A program made the position numbers and the translations under genes. Positions 1-7,896 of a stretch of DNA of 19,364 nucleotides are shown in pieces. The DNA comes from an uncultured Janthinobacterium sp. (GTDB taxonomy: Bacteria; Vulcanimicrobiota; Vulcanimicrobiia; Vulcanimicrobiales; Vulcanimicrobiaceae). The notes beneath the pieces are model-generated. The model saw only the letters and a program-made list of their open reading frames with translations. It was not told the origin of the DNA and did not search any database. Numbering within the stretch: the first letter of the stretch is position 1; the number at the start of each line of letters is the position of its first letter. The stretch spans positions 1 to 19,364 of the forward strand of contig CAZZXB010000012.1 of NCBI GenBank assembly GCA_964658025.1. Reading direction: 5' to 3'.

Positions 1-918
1 CGCCGCGGGATCGTTCGTCGCCGAGGTCGTCGGCCCGTCGGTCGCGGCGGCGCTCGGTGCCGGCGTCGGCGCGACGGTCGCGACGATCGGTGCCGCACGC
101 GGCGACGCACCCGGCACGCCCGGAATCGCCGCGTTCGTTCCGGCGAAGCCCGAAAGCGCGCCGAGGATACGCCCGAACGCCGCCGGCGCGAAGGTCGCGG
201 TTTCTGCGCCGACGTCGATCGCGGAACTCACGCCGCCGCCGAAGGTCGCCTGGAGGTAGACGAGCCCGAGCACGAGCGCGACCCCGATCGCCGATGAGAA
301 CGCGCCGATCCGACTGCGCCCCACGACCGTCCCGGCGAGCAGATCGCCGAGGCGTTGCCGCTTCGGGGTGACGAGCGCGAGGATCGGTCCCACGAGCGCG
401 AGATCGATCGGGTAGAGAATCGTCCGCGCGAGGATCCGGCCCGCGCCCGCGTGACGGCCGTCCGTCCTGCGGACGCGAAGCGCGAACACGAGCTTGCCGA
501 GCGTCGTCCCGGAGAGCGCCTCGCAGAGAAACGCGAAGACGATCGCGATCCCGAGCGCCCCGCCGAGCAGCGTATCGAAACCACCCTCACTCCGCGTGCC
601 GAGCGCGAGTAGGCCGCGCTCGACCGCGTGAAACCCGAACGTGGCGACGAGAAACGCGACGCCCGGACCGTCGATCGCGAACGCGACGAGACGCGAGAAC
701 AGATAGAACGGCACCGAACCGAAGCGGTGGACGTACGGAGCGCGCCCGGGCGGCGGCGCGCCGGGCACGTTCGGCCGATCGGGCGGCGGCGTTCCGCGCG
801 ACGGAACGTCCGCGGGTCGCGTGACGTCGGGCTCGCGGACGGGCCGGACGATCGGCATCGCGGTCGTCGTCTCGCCGAATTCGGGATCTTTCTGCGGCTC
901 GCGAGGACCGTCGTTCAT
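1..918 (-). CDS. RDD family membrane protein, 3' end truncated by window edge
   Basis: Manual translation from ATG 918: MNDGPREPQKDPEF...FSRLVAFAIDGP...CEALSGTTLGKLVFALRVRRTDG...LARTILYPID...TPKRQRLGDLLAGTVV. These are the RDD signatures (R..A..ID, G.T.GK....LRV, QRLGD..AGT.V). No stop before base 1, so it is missing from the ORF track. Confidence 0.9.
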   Translation of the reverse strand, partial: MNDGPREPQKDPEFGETTTAMPIVRPVREPDVTRPADVPSRGTPPPDRPNVPGAPPPGRAPYVHRFGSVPFYLFSRLVAFAIDGPGVAFLVATFGFHAVERGLLALGTRSEGGFDTLLGGALGIAIVFAFLCEALSGTTLGKLVFALRVRRTDGRHAGAGRILARTILYPIDLALVGPILALVTPKRQRLGDLLAGTVVGRSRIGAFSSAIGVALVLGLVYLQATFGGGVSSAIDVGAETATFAPAAFGRILGALSGFAGTNAAIPGVPGASPRAAPIVATVAPTPAPSAAATDGPTTSATNDPAA

Positions 919-995
919 GCTGGATAGGTCGCCGGTCCGCAACGCCGCGCCTGTTTCCAAGGGAAGCCCGGCCGTGCGTCCGCAGTACGACGCGC

Positions 996-1229
996 ATGGG
1001 CGCTCGCTCCGTACTCGCTTATCTCGACGTCACGCGCATGGTCGGCGCGAGTCGCGTGCGCCTCGGCGCGCTCCGCATGCGCGGCGTTCCCGCCGTGCTC
1101 GCGGGCGTCGCGACGATCGTGCTCGCCGTCGGCGCGACGCGGGCCGTGACGGCCGTCGCATTCGGGATCCCGGACGCGGCGCGCGCGTCGCGTATCGCGA
1201 TGCGCGAGCGACCGGAGCTCCGACCGTAG
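996..1229 (+). CDS. Small hypothetical protein with one hydrophobic segment (77 aa)
   Basis: ATG-TAG ORF with mostly G/C third positions. Hydrophobic stretch GVPAVLAGVATIVLAVGA. Fills the gap divergent from the RDD gene. Confidence 0.55.
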   Translation: MGARSVLAYLDVTRMVGASRVRLGALRMRGVPAVLAGVATIVLAVGATRAVTAVAFGIPDAARASRIAMRERPELRP

Positions 1230-1429
1230 CGGGTCGATGCAAAACTCCGCGGCGTGCGGATCGAGCCGGAACGTTTCGTCCTAACGAGGCGCGATGCGGG
1301 AGCGGGGCGCCGTTTCGCGAGCGCGGCGCGACGGAATGCTCGGCACGACGGGCGTGGCGGGCCGCCGGGATTTCGACGGTCCGTCGGGCCGCAAGGGGCG
1401 ACCCACGACCCCACGAAGCTGGCCTGGCT

Positions 1430-1663
1430 ATGATCGACAACGACGCGATGACGGCCCTCGTTCGGGAAACCTTCCCGGACGCCGAAGTGCAGATCGTGGA
1501 CTTGACCGGCACCATGGACCACTTCAACGTGTTCGTGAGATCGGCGGCGTTCCGAGGTATCTCGCTCATGGATCGCCATCGCATGGTCGAGGCCGCGCTC
1601 GCGGACGCTCGCGCCGACGGTCGGATCCACGCCATGTCCATCCGCACGGAAGTTTTGGAGTAA
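1430..1663 (+). CDS. bolA: BolA/IbaG family protein (77 aa)
   Basis: C-terminal part of ORF 821..1663: MIDNDAMTALVRETFPDAEVQIVDLTGTMDHFNVFVRSAAFRGISLMDRHRMV...RIHAMSIRT (DHF, F.G.S...RHR.V, IHA motifs). Directly upstream of a monothiol glutaredoxin. Confidence 0.93.
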   Translation: MIDNDAMTALVRETFPDAEVQIVDLTGTMDHFNVFVRSAAFRGISLMDRHRMVEAALADARADGRIHAMSIRTEVLE

Positions 1664-1667
1664 ACGA

Positions 1668-2027
1668 ATGTCAACCGACGCACTACGTCAGGAAATCGAA
1701 CGCGAAGTCGCCGAGAACAAAGTCCTCGTCTACGGGAAGGGGACCAAGGAGATGCCGCGTTGCGGCTTCACGCTCGAGACGGTGCAATTTTTCAGCCGTC
1801 TCGGCTACCCGTTCGAAGTCGTCGACGTCCTGGAGAACATGCCCAAGCGCGAGGCGCTCTCGGCGATGACGAATTGGCCGACGCTTCCGAAGGTCTTCAT
1901 CGACGGCAAGTTCTACGGCGACACCGACATCCTCGCACCGATGAACGAATCGGGCGAACTGAAGACGGTTCTCGCGACCGCGTTCGCGGGCATGCCCGAG
2001 CCCGCGCCCGTGATCAACCTCCGCTAA
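1668..2027 (+). CDS. grxD: Monothiol (Grx4/GrxD-type) glutaredoxin
   Basis: KGT..MPRCGFT active site and WPTLPKVFIDGKF. GGAG Shine-Dalgarno at 1657-1660. Canonical bolA-grx4 pairing. Confidence 0.9.
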   Translation: MSTDALRQEIEREVAENKVLVYGKGTKEMPRCGFTLETVQFFSRLGYPFEVVDVLENMPKREALSAMTNWPTLPKVFIDGKFYGDTDILAPMNESGELKTVLATAFAGMPEPAPVINLR

Positions 2028-2031
2028 GGGC

Positions 2032-2490
2032 GTGCTCGCGCTCTTCGAACCGGGAGACGAGGCGACGTGGCTCGCCTCGTTTTCGTTTTTCGTCGACGTG
2101 CGACCGCGGTATTGCGAATGCGACGGACAGGGCCACGTCTCGAACGTGGTCTACCCGGCCTATCTCGAACTCTCGCGTTTGAGTTATTTCCGCGCGGCGG
2201 GCGATCCCGAGCCGTTCGCGAGCTTCGCGTTCCAACACCTCACGGCGGAACTCCAACTCCGCTATCTCGCGGCGTGCTTGTACGACGAGCCGCTGCGCGT
2301 CGGCTCGCGGCTCACCTCGATCGGTCGTTCGAGCGCCGTGATGGAGCAGGCCGTCGTCGGCGTCGACGAGCGTTTGCGCGCGATCGCGCGCATCGCCGTC
2401 GTCCGCTCGAATCCCGACGGCGCGGGGACCGCGCCGTGGAGCGACGCCCAGCGCCGGGCGCTCGCGCGATTCGCGCGCTTGAGCGGCTAG
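2032..2490 (+). CDS. Hot-dog fold acyl-CoA thioesterase (4HBT/YbgC/FadM-like)
   Basis: Motifs VRPRYCECDGQGHVSNVVYPAYLELSR and IGRSS. GTG start 4 nt after the grx stop. Confidence 0.88.
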   Translation: MLALFEPGDEATWLASFSFFVDVRPRYCECDGQGHVSNVVYPAYLELSRLSYFRAAGDPEPFASFAFQHLTAELQLRYLAACLYDEPLRVGSRLTSIGRSSAVMEQAVVGVDERLRAIARIAVVRSNPDGAGTAPWSDAQRRALARFARLSG

Positions 2491-2493
2491 CGA

Positions 2494-2563
2494 CCGTCGT
2501 TCGCACGCGGGGCCACGGCCGCGCTCGCCGGACGCGGCGCGTCCGCTCGCCACGAAGCGACGG
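2494..2563. terminator. GC-rich stem-loop between convergent genes (possible bidirectional terminator or 3' protector)
   Basis: CCGTCGTTCG (2494-2503) pairs with CGAAGCGACGG (2553-2563) with one bulge. Inner inverted repeat CGGACGCG-G-CGCGTCCG (2529-2545). No U-tract. Confidence 0.4.
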
Positions 2564-4048
2564 CTAGAACGTGATCCCCGTCGTCAACGCGAAGACGAGC
2601 GGATCGGGGATGTCGGTCCGACCGCTCGGACGCACGATGTACTGCACGCCGGGCTTCAATAACAGCCACGGAAGCGCTTGCACGCCGTAGTTGAGTTCGA
2701 AGCCCTTTTCCTGACCCGTCGTCGGCACCGCGAAGCCCGCGTTCTGCAGTTGCGCTTCGAGCGTGCGCAGGCGCGGGTTGACGTCGATGTAGTCGAATCC
2801 GACCGCGAGCGTGTCGTCGGGTCGGCTCGCGAACGTCCCGTGACGGACGACGCCCGCGTCGATGAAGTTACTGAAGAACGCCGTCTGCGGATCGCCGTAC
2901 TGATACGCGAAGAACATCGCCGTCCCGCGTTCGCCCTTGAGGCTCGTGCCGGCGAGCAGATGGTCGAACTGCAGATACGCGCCGCTGCGACCGCGATAGA
3001 ACGGCTCCGGCACCGTCGCGACGGCACCCGTCGTCGTCGTTCCGAACGACGAGAGATGGCTGTTGGGGCCCATCACGTTCGACGTGTCGTAGTACGCGCC
3101 GACGCGGATGTTGCCCGTCTGGTTTCCGGCCTTGTCGGTCGTCGTGAAGCCCGTCTCGAACGGGAACATCGTCCCGGTGTCGCCCGTGTCGCTCAGATCG
3201 AATCCGTGTCCGCGCTGCGAGTACGTGGGATTGACCTGGTAGGCGCCCGTCTCGACGTAGAAGTTCTTCGTCGGCGAACCCTTCACGCGGATGCCCCACT
3301 CCGACGACGGGTAGTATCCGTACCCGCTGTTATTCGGTTCGGCGACGGGCGTTCCGCAGATCGCGTTCGCCTGATAGAAACAGTAGAGGTTGCCGTCCCA
3401 GTACGTGGAGCCCGCGACGAAATCGTTCTCCATGATTACGCGACCGAGCTTGACGTTCACGGCGTTTTTCGCGAGCGGCTGCTCGTAGTCGAGCTCCGTC
3501 AGGCGCGTCGTCAGACCGTCGCCGTAGATCTCTTGAACCGACGCGAGGTTCCCGAGCGCGTTCGCGGTGAGACTGCTTCCGAAGCGCTGCGTGCCGATGA
3601 AATGGAGGATCCCGCCGCCGCTCCCCGGGTTGAGTTTGTTGAAGTCGACGTCCAGTCCGAGTTGCACCTCGCTCGAGAACGCCGTGCCGCGTTGCAGGCC
3701 GCCCGTGGGATTCGCGGCGCCCTCACCCGCGTACCGACCGAAGAAATTGATACCTCGCTTCTTGAGGTCGCTTCGCGCGCCGTCCCAATCGCCGAAGAGG
3801 CCCTGCGACGGCTGCACGGATTGGTCCGTCTGCTGGGGTTTCTCCGGATGCCCGGCCGCGGGCGTCGGGCTCGCGGCGTTCGCGTCGGGCGCTCCCGTCG
3901 CCGCGGGGACCGCGTCGCCGGGAGACGCGGCGGGCGACGGGCTCGGCTGCGGCGCGTCTTGCGCGTCGGCGAGAACCGGAAAGGCGGCGACGGCAACGAG
4001 AATGCAGGCCGTCCGCATCGCGCGAAAGCCGAACGAGGAGAGGGTCAT
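2564..4048 (-). CDS. oprB: Carbohydrate-selective porin, OprB family
   Basis: Signal peptide (...ILVAVAAFPVLADA), GLFGDWDGARSDLKKRGINF, VQEIYG, RPDDTLAVG, ELNYGVQALPWLLLKPGVQYIVRP and C-terminal Phe. ATG 4048 is preceded by GGTGGA; ATG 4018 is an alternative start. Confidence 0.92.
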   Translation of the reverse strand: MTLSSFGFRAMRTACILVAVAAFPVLADAQDAPQPSPSPAASPGDAVPAATGAPDANAASPTPAAGHPEKPQQTDQSVQPSQGLFGDWDGARSDLKKRGINFFGRYAGEGAANPTGGLQRGTAFSSEVQLGLDVDFNKLNPGSGGGILHFIGTQRFGSSLTANALGNLASVQEIYGDGLTTRLTELDYEQPLAKNAVNVKLGRVIMENDFVAGSTYWDGNLYCFYQANAICGTPVAEPNNSGYGYYPSSEWGIRVKGSPTKNFYVETGAYQVNPTYSQRGHGFDLSDTGDTGTMFPFETGFTTTDKAGNQTGNIRVGAYYDTSNVMGPNSHLSSFGTTTTGAVATVPEPFYRGRSGAYLQFDHLLAGTSLKGERGTAMFFAYQYGDPQTAFFSNFIDAGVVRHGTFASRPDDTLAVGFDYIDVNPRLRTLEAQLQNAGFAVPTTGQEKGFELNYGVQALPWLLLKPGVQYIVRPSGRTDIPDPLVFALTTGITF

Positions 4049-4105
4049 CGATCCACCACGTCTGCGGGAAAGCGCGCCGCCGAGATGCGACGCGAACACG
4101 TGACG

Positions 4106-4134
4106 TGTATAGCACCGAATGCCTGTATTTTCAA
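4106..4134 (-). promoter_or_regulatory. Candidate sigma70/sigmaA promoter for the porin
   Basis: Minus strand reads TTGAAA-N17-TATACA with an extended TGn before the -10 box, in a locally AT-rich intergenic region. Confidence 0.55.
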
Positions 4135-4164
4135 CCTTTTTCCGCAATCGCAAGTGAAGGAAAG

Positions 4165-4193
4165 TTGCATCGCCACTGCACAAGCGCTAACGC
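4165..4193 (+). promoter_or_regulatory. Candidate sigma70-type promoter for the sugar ABC operon with possible LacI-type operator core
   Basis: TTGCAT-N17-TAACGC (weak -10). The AGCGCT palindrome at 4183-4188 abuts the -10 box, and TGAGATCTCA (4196-4205) lies just downstream. Confidence 0.35.
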
Positions 4194-4220
4194 GATGAGA
4201 TCTCACCCGTCGGACCGCGC

Positions 4221-4991
4221 GTGAACGGCTCCGCAATCCGCGATCCCGCGCGTCTCGCCGTGACGGGCGTGTACAAATCGTTCGGCGCGATCGACGTGTT
4301 GCGAGGCATCGATTTCGAGGCCCGGGCGGGCGAAGTGACCGCGCTGCTCGGCGACAACGGCGCGGGGAAGTCGACGCTCATCAAGTGCGTCGCCGGGACG
4401 CACGTCCCCGATCGCGGGTCGATCGCGCTCGACGGGATCGAGCAACACTTCCGCTCGCCGAGCGACGCCACGGCCGCCGGCATCGAGACGGTCTATCAAG
4501 ATCTCGCCCTCTGCGACAATCTCGACGTCGTCGCGAACCTGTTCCTCGGACGCGAGGTGCTCGCGCGCGGCACGCTCGACGAGATCGCGATGGAACTCAC
4601 GGCGAAGGGCGCGCTCGAGCAATTACAGATCAACATCCCCTCCGTGCGCAACACGGTCGCGCAACTCTCGGGCGGCCAGCGTCAGTCGGTCGCGGTCGCG
4701 CGCGCGGTGCTGTGGGCGCCGAAGGTCGTCATCCTCGACGAGCCCACGGCGGCGCTCGGCGTCGCCCAACAAAAACAGGTGCTCGATCTCATCAAACGCC
4801 TGCGCGAGCGCGGTCTCGCGGTCGTCGTCATCACGCACAACATGGTCGACGTGTTCGAAGTCGCCGACGTCGCGTTCGTGATGCGTCTCGGTCGACGGGT
4901 CGCGAAACTGCGCATCGCGGAGACGACGCCGGAAGACGTCGTCTCCGCGATCACGGGCGCGAAGCAGTTCGCCGAGGTCGCCGGAGCGTGA
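4221..4991 (+). CDS. Sugar ABC transporter ATP-binding protein (single NBD, XylG-like)
   Basis: Walker A GDNGAGKST, VYQDLALCDNLDV, signature LSGGQRQ, Walker B ILDEPTAALG, H-loop ITHN. Confidence 0.95.
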   Translation: MNGSAIRDPARLAVTGVYKSFGAIDVLRGIDFEARAGEVTALLGDNGAGKSTLIKCVAGTHVPDRGSIALDGIEQHFRSPSDATAAGIETVYQDLALCDNLDVVANLFLGREVLARGTLDEIAMELTAKGALEQLQINIPSVRNTVAQLSGGQRQSVAVARAVLWAPKVVILDEPTAALGVAQQKQVLDLIKRLRERGLAVVVITHNMVDVFEVADVAFVMRLGRRVAKLRIAETTPEDVVSAITGAKQFAEVAGA

Positions 4992-6181
4992 GCGTCACCG
5001 CGACCGCACCCGCGGGTTCGCCCGCGACGAATCCGCTCGCCGTCGATCGCGCGAAGCTCGCGACCACGCTTCCGATCTACGTCGGGCTCGTCGTCATCTG
5101 GATCTTCTTCGAAACGCAGACGGGAGGCCGATTCCTCGGCGCGCGCAATCTCTCCGAACTCTTCCAGGAGTACGCGTACAAACCGCTCCTCGCGATCGGC
5201 GTCGTGTTCGTCTTACTGCTCGGCGAGATCGATCTCTCGGTCGGCTATCTCACGTTGCTCGCCGCGACGACGGTCGCCGTGCTCTCGTCGAACCTCCATC
5301 TCGCCGCGCCGATCGCGATCGCGGGCGGACTCGCGGTCGCCGTCGCGCTCGGGCTCGTGCAAGGCTTTCTGATCGCGAAGATCCGGATGCCCGCATTCGT
5401 CGTGACGCTCGGCGGATTCTTGATCTTCGAGGGGATCGCGTATCACGTGCTCAGCGGCGCGACGATCAACGTCTCCGATCCCGCGATCGGCGCGCTCGGG
5501 AGTTACGATCTGCCCAATCCCGTCAGCATCGCGATCGCGCTCGTCGCGATCGGCGCGACCGCGCTTGCGGGCTTCTCCGAGCGCAAGCGCCGCGCGGCCG
5601 CGGGTCTCGCGAACCCGCCCGTGTCGGGTTTCGCGATCCGGCTCGGCGTGATGATCGCGATCCTCGCGGGCCTCGTCGTGCTCCTCGGGACGTATCGCGG
5701 CGTGCCGCTCTCGCTCGTCATCCTCGGCGCCTTCGCGCTCGGCGCGTCGTTCGTCGCGACGCGGACGACGTTCGGACGCCACGTCTACGCCGTCGGCGGC
5801 AACGTCGAAGCGGCGCGACGCGCGGGGGTGAAAACCGTCGCGGTGCGCTGGATCGTGTTCGGAATCGCGGGCCTCTTCGCCGGCCTCGCGGGCGCGATGC
5901 TCGTCGGCTACGCGCAGGCCGCCTCGACGACCGCCGCCGGCCCCGATCTCTTGCTCGACGCCATCTCGATCGCCGTGATCGGCGGCGTGAGCCTCACGGG
6001 CGGTCGCGGGAACGTGTCGTCCGTGTTACTCGGCGGTCTCTTGATCGCGAGCCTCGACAGCGGCCTCAACCTCATGTCGGTCGATTCCAATCTCGTGTAC
6101 GTGATCAAGGGCATCATCCTCGTCCTCGCCATCTTCCTCGACGTTCTCGGCAAACAGCGCAATCCGCTCACGAGAACCTGA
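4988..6181 (+). CDS. Sugar ABC transporter permease (XylH-like)
   Basis: GTG start overlaps the ATPase stop (GTGA). Motifs GEIDLSVG, MPAFVVTLGG, TTFGRHVYAVGGNVEAARRAGV, LDAISIAVIGGVSLTGGRG; many TM segments. Confidence 0.95.
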   Translation: MSVTATAPAGSPATNPLAVDRAKLATTLPIYVGLVVIWIFFETQTGGRFLGARNLSELFQEYAYKPLLAIGVVFVLLLGEIDLSVGYLTLLAATTVAVLSSNLHLAAPIAIAGGLAVAVALGLVQGFLIAKIRMPAFVVTLGGFLIFEGIAYHVLSGATINVSDPAIGALGSYDLPNPVSIAIALVAIGATALAGFSERKRRAAAGLANPPVSGFAIRLGVMIAILAGLVVLLGTYRGVPLSLVILGAFALGASFVATRTTFGRHVYAVGGNVEAARRAGVKTVAVRWIVFGIAGLFAGLAGAMLVGYAQAASTTAAGPDLLLDAISIAVIGGVSLTGGRGNVSSVLLGGLLIASLDSGLNLMSVDSNLVYVIKGIILVLAIFLDVLGKQRNPLTRT

Positions 6182-6207
6182 AAACCCCATACGTTAGGAG
6201 ACCTCGT

Positions 6208-7263
6208 TTGAACCAGATGCGAATCGTCCCGGCGCTCGGACTCGCCGTCGTCGCCGCGGGCGCGCTCGGCCTCGCGGGCTGCGCGTCGAACAAACAGTCC
6301 GTCGGCTTTCTGATCTCGGATTACACGACGTCCGCGCGTTGGCAATTCGATCGGAGTTATTACGTCGACGCGATGAAGCAGCGTAATCCCGACGTGGACG
6401 TGGTCGTCGACGACGCGAAGACCGATCAGACGAACCAACAGAATCAGGCGAAATCGCTCCTGACCGGCGGCGCGAAGTTATTGCTCGACGTCCCGGTCGA
6501 CGCGGTTCAGGCCGCGGCGATCGTGACGGCCGCACACGCGAACGATCCGCGCGTCCCCGTGATCGCGTACGACCGGTTGATCAAGAACGCCGACGTCGAC
6601 GCGTACGTCACGTTCGATCCGATCGCGGTCGGCAAGCAACAGGCGCAGTACATCGTCGATCACGTCAAGTCGGGAAACATCGTTTCGATCGCCGGCGCAG
6701 CGACCGACAACAACGCGATCTACTACCATCAGGGCGCGATGGACGTCTTGCAGCCGCTCGTTAAATCCGGCCGCTACAAGCTCGTCTACGACAAGTACAC
6801 GCCGAACTGGGACAGCAATCAGGCCCAAGCCGAGACCGCGTCGGCGCTCAACAACAACGGGAACAACGTCGCGGCCGTTCTCGTCGCGAACGACGGCATG
6901 GCGGGCGGCGTCGACGCCGCGATCAAGGCGCAGCACCTCGAAGGCAAGGTCGTCGTCACGGGTCAGGACGCGACGGTCGCGGGCCTCCAGAACGTGCTCA
7001 CGGGCTCGCAGAGCATGACGATCTACAAACCGATCAAGAAACTCGCCGAAGCCGCCGCGCAGATCAGCGACGCGCTCATCAAGGGTCAGAAACCGGCGAC
7101 GACCTCGACCGTCAACAACGGCAAGATCGACGTGCCGACGATCGCCCTCCCGGTCGTGACGGTCACGAAGGCGAACATCGCGTCGACCGTCATCGCCGAC
7201 GGATTCGTGACGAAGGACCAACTCTGCAACGGGATCCCGGCGAGCGCCTGTAGCGGCCTCTAG
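6208..7263 (+). CDS. Sugar ABC substrate-binding lipoprotein (XylF/ChvE-like)
   Basis: AGGAG SD at 6196-6200 before TTG. Lipobox LAGC. Motifs RWQFDR, VIAYDRLI, TDNNA, ANDGMAGG, VTGQDA, TIYKPIKKLA. Confidence 0.93.
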   Translation: MNQMRIVPALGLAVVAAGALGLAGCASNKQSVGFLISDYTTSARWQFDRSYYVDAMKQRNPDVDVVVDDAKTDQTNQQNQAKSLLTGGAKLLLDVPVDAVQAAAIVTAAHANDPRVPVIAYDRLIKNADVDAYVTFDPIAVGKQQAQYIVDHVKSGNIVSIAGAATDNNAIYYHQGAMDVLQPLVKSGRYKLVYDKYTPNWDSNQAQAETASALNNNGNNVAAVLVANDGMAGGVDAAIKAQHLEGKVVVTGQDATVAGLQNVLTGSQSMTIYKPIKKLAEAAAQISDALIKGQKPATTSTVNNGKIDVPTIALPVVTVTKANIASTVIADGFVTKDQLCNGIPASACSGL

Positions 7264-7266
7264 CCG

Positions 7267-7358
7267 ATGCGGACGCGGTCGTCGTAAACGGCGGCCGCAT
7301 GCCCGCGCTCCCCGATCTCGGCTTCGCTCGCGGACTCGCCGCGAGCTTCGCCCGAGCC
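7267..7358. terminator. Tandem GC-rich hairpins between convergent genes
   Basis: GCGGTCGTCG-TAAA-CGGCGGCCGC (10 bp stem with two G-U pairs), then GCTCGCGG-ACTCG-CCGCGAGC (perfect 8 bp stem). No U-tract. Confidence 0.45.
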
Positions 7359-7362
7359 TGCG

Positions 7363-7860
7363 TCAGGCTTCCGCGAGCACCGGACGCTTGCGCGGCGGCG
7401 GCGCGCCCGTCGGATCGGCGAACGCGCCGGCGGGCGAAGCCATCAACCGCGCGAGTTCCTCGGGCGAGAGATCCTGCGAGAAGTCGCGATCCGCCGGGAC
7501 CATGCAGAAAAATCCGAACGTCGCATCCGAGCGGTTGACGAATTGGTGCGGCTCGAACGGTCCGACGTAGATCACGTCGTGCAGCCCGATCTCGGTAACG
7601 GCGTCGCCGACGATCGCGTGCCCGACGCCCTCGCCGACGATCACGTAGTGCTCGTGCTCGTGCTTCTCGAGCCGCGAGACGGTACCGGGCGGAAGCGAAA
7701 AATACCGCAACTCGCTCTTGGGACCCGGGGCGTCCGCCGATTCTTTCCGACCCCCGACGAGCGTGTGCCGGACGACCGCGGTCGCGACCCCGGGGACGTA
7801 CCCCTCGTGCTCGACGCCCGACCACCCGTCGGCCGTTTTCGTGATGACGCTGCGCTGCAT
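7363..7860 (-). CDS. Cupin, TM1459-like / methylthioxylulose-5-phosphate methylsulfurylase-like
   Basis: ELRYFSLPPG..SRLEKHEHEHY..., H in PHQF, and GFFCMVPADRD (four metal-binding His plus a conserved Cys). The specific activity is inferred from recalled similarity. Confidence 0.85.
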   Translation of the reverse strand: MQRSVITKTADGWSGVEHEGYVPGVATAVVRHTLVGGRKESADAPGPKSELRYFSLPPGTVSRLEKHEHEHYVIVGEGVGHAIVGDAVTEIGLHDVIYVGPFEPHQFVNRSDATFGFFCMVPADRDFSQDLSPEELARLMASPAGAFADPTGAPPPRKRPVLAEA

Positions 7861-7895
7861 GAGGACGCAGACCCGCCCGCGGCGCGCGCGGTTGC
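7861..7895 (-). promoter_or_regulatory. Candidate ECF-sigma-type promoter, leaderless start of the cupin
   Basis: Minus strand GCAAC-N18-GTCT-N8-ATG fits within the 36-nt gap. No SD. Confidence 0.35.
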
Positions 7896-7896
7896 G

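Noticed and set aside
57..997. ORF-track calls in the first kilobase
   Set aside because: All are explained as shadows of the RDD gene in an unlisted minus-strand frame.
821..1429. N-terminal extension of BolA (280-aa ORF)
   Set aside because: Low-complexity Arg-rich sequence overlapping the RDD gene and ORF 996. The BolA domain starts at ATG 1430.
1230..1429. 200-nt gap before bolA as a possible riboswitch or ncRNA (short stems; CGACGGTCCGTCG at 1375-1387)
   Set aside because: I recognise no conserved RNA motif, and short stems are expected by chance at this GC. An Rfam/Infernal scan would settle it.
4221..7263. Assigning xylG/xylH/xylF gene symbols
   Set aside because: The family is clear, but the substrate (xylose versus other aldoses) cannot be fixed from sequence and no xylose catabolic genes are adjacent.
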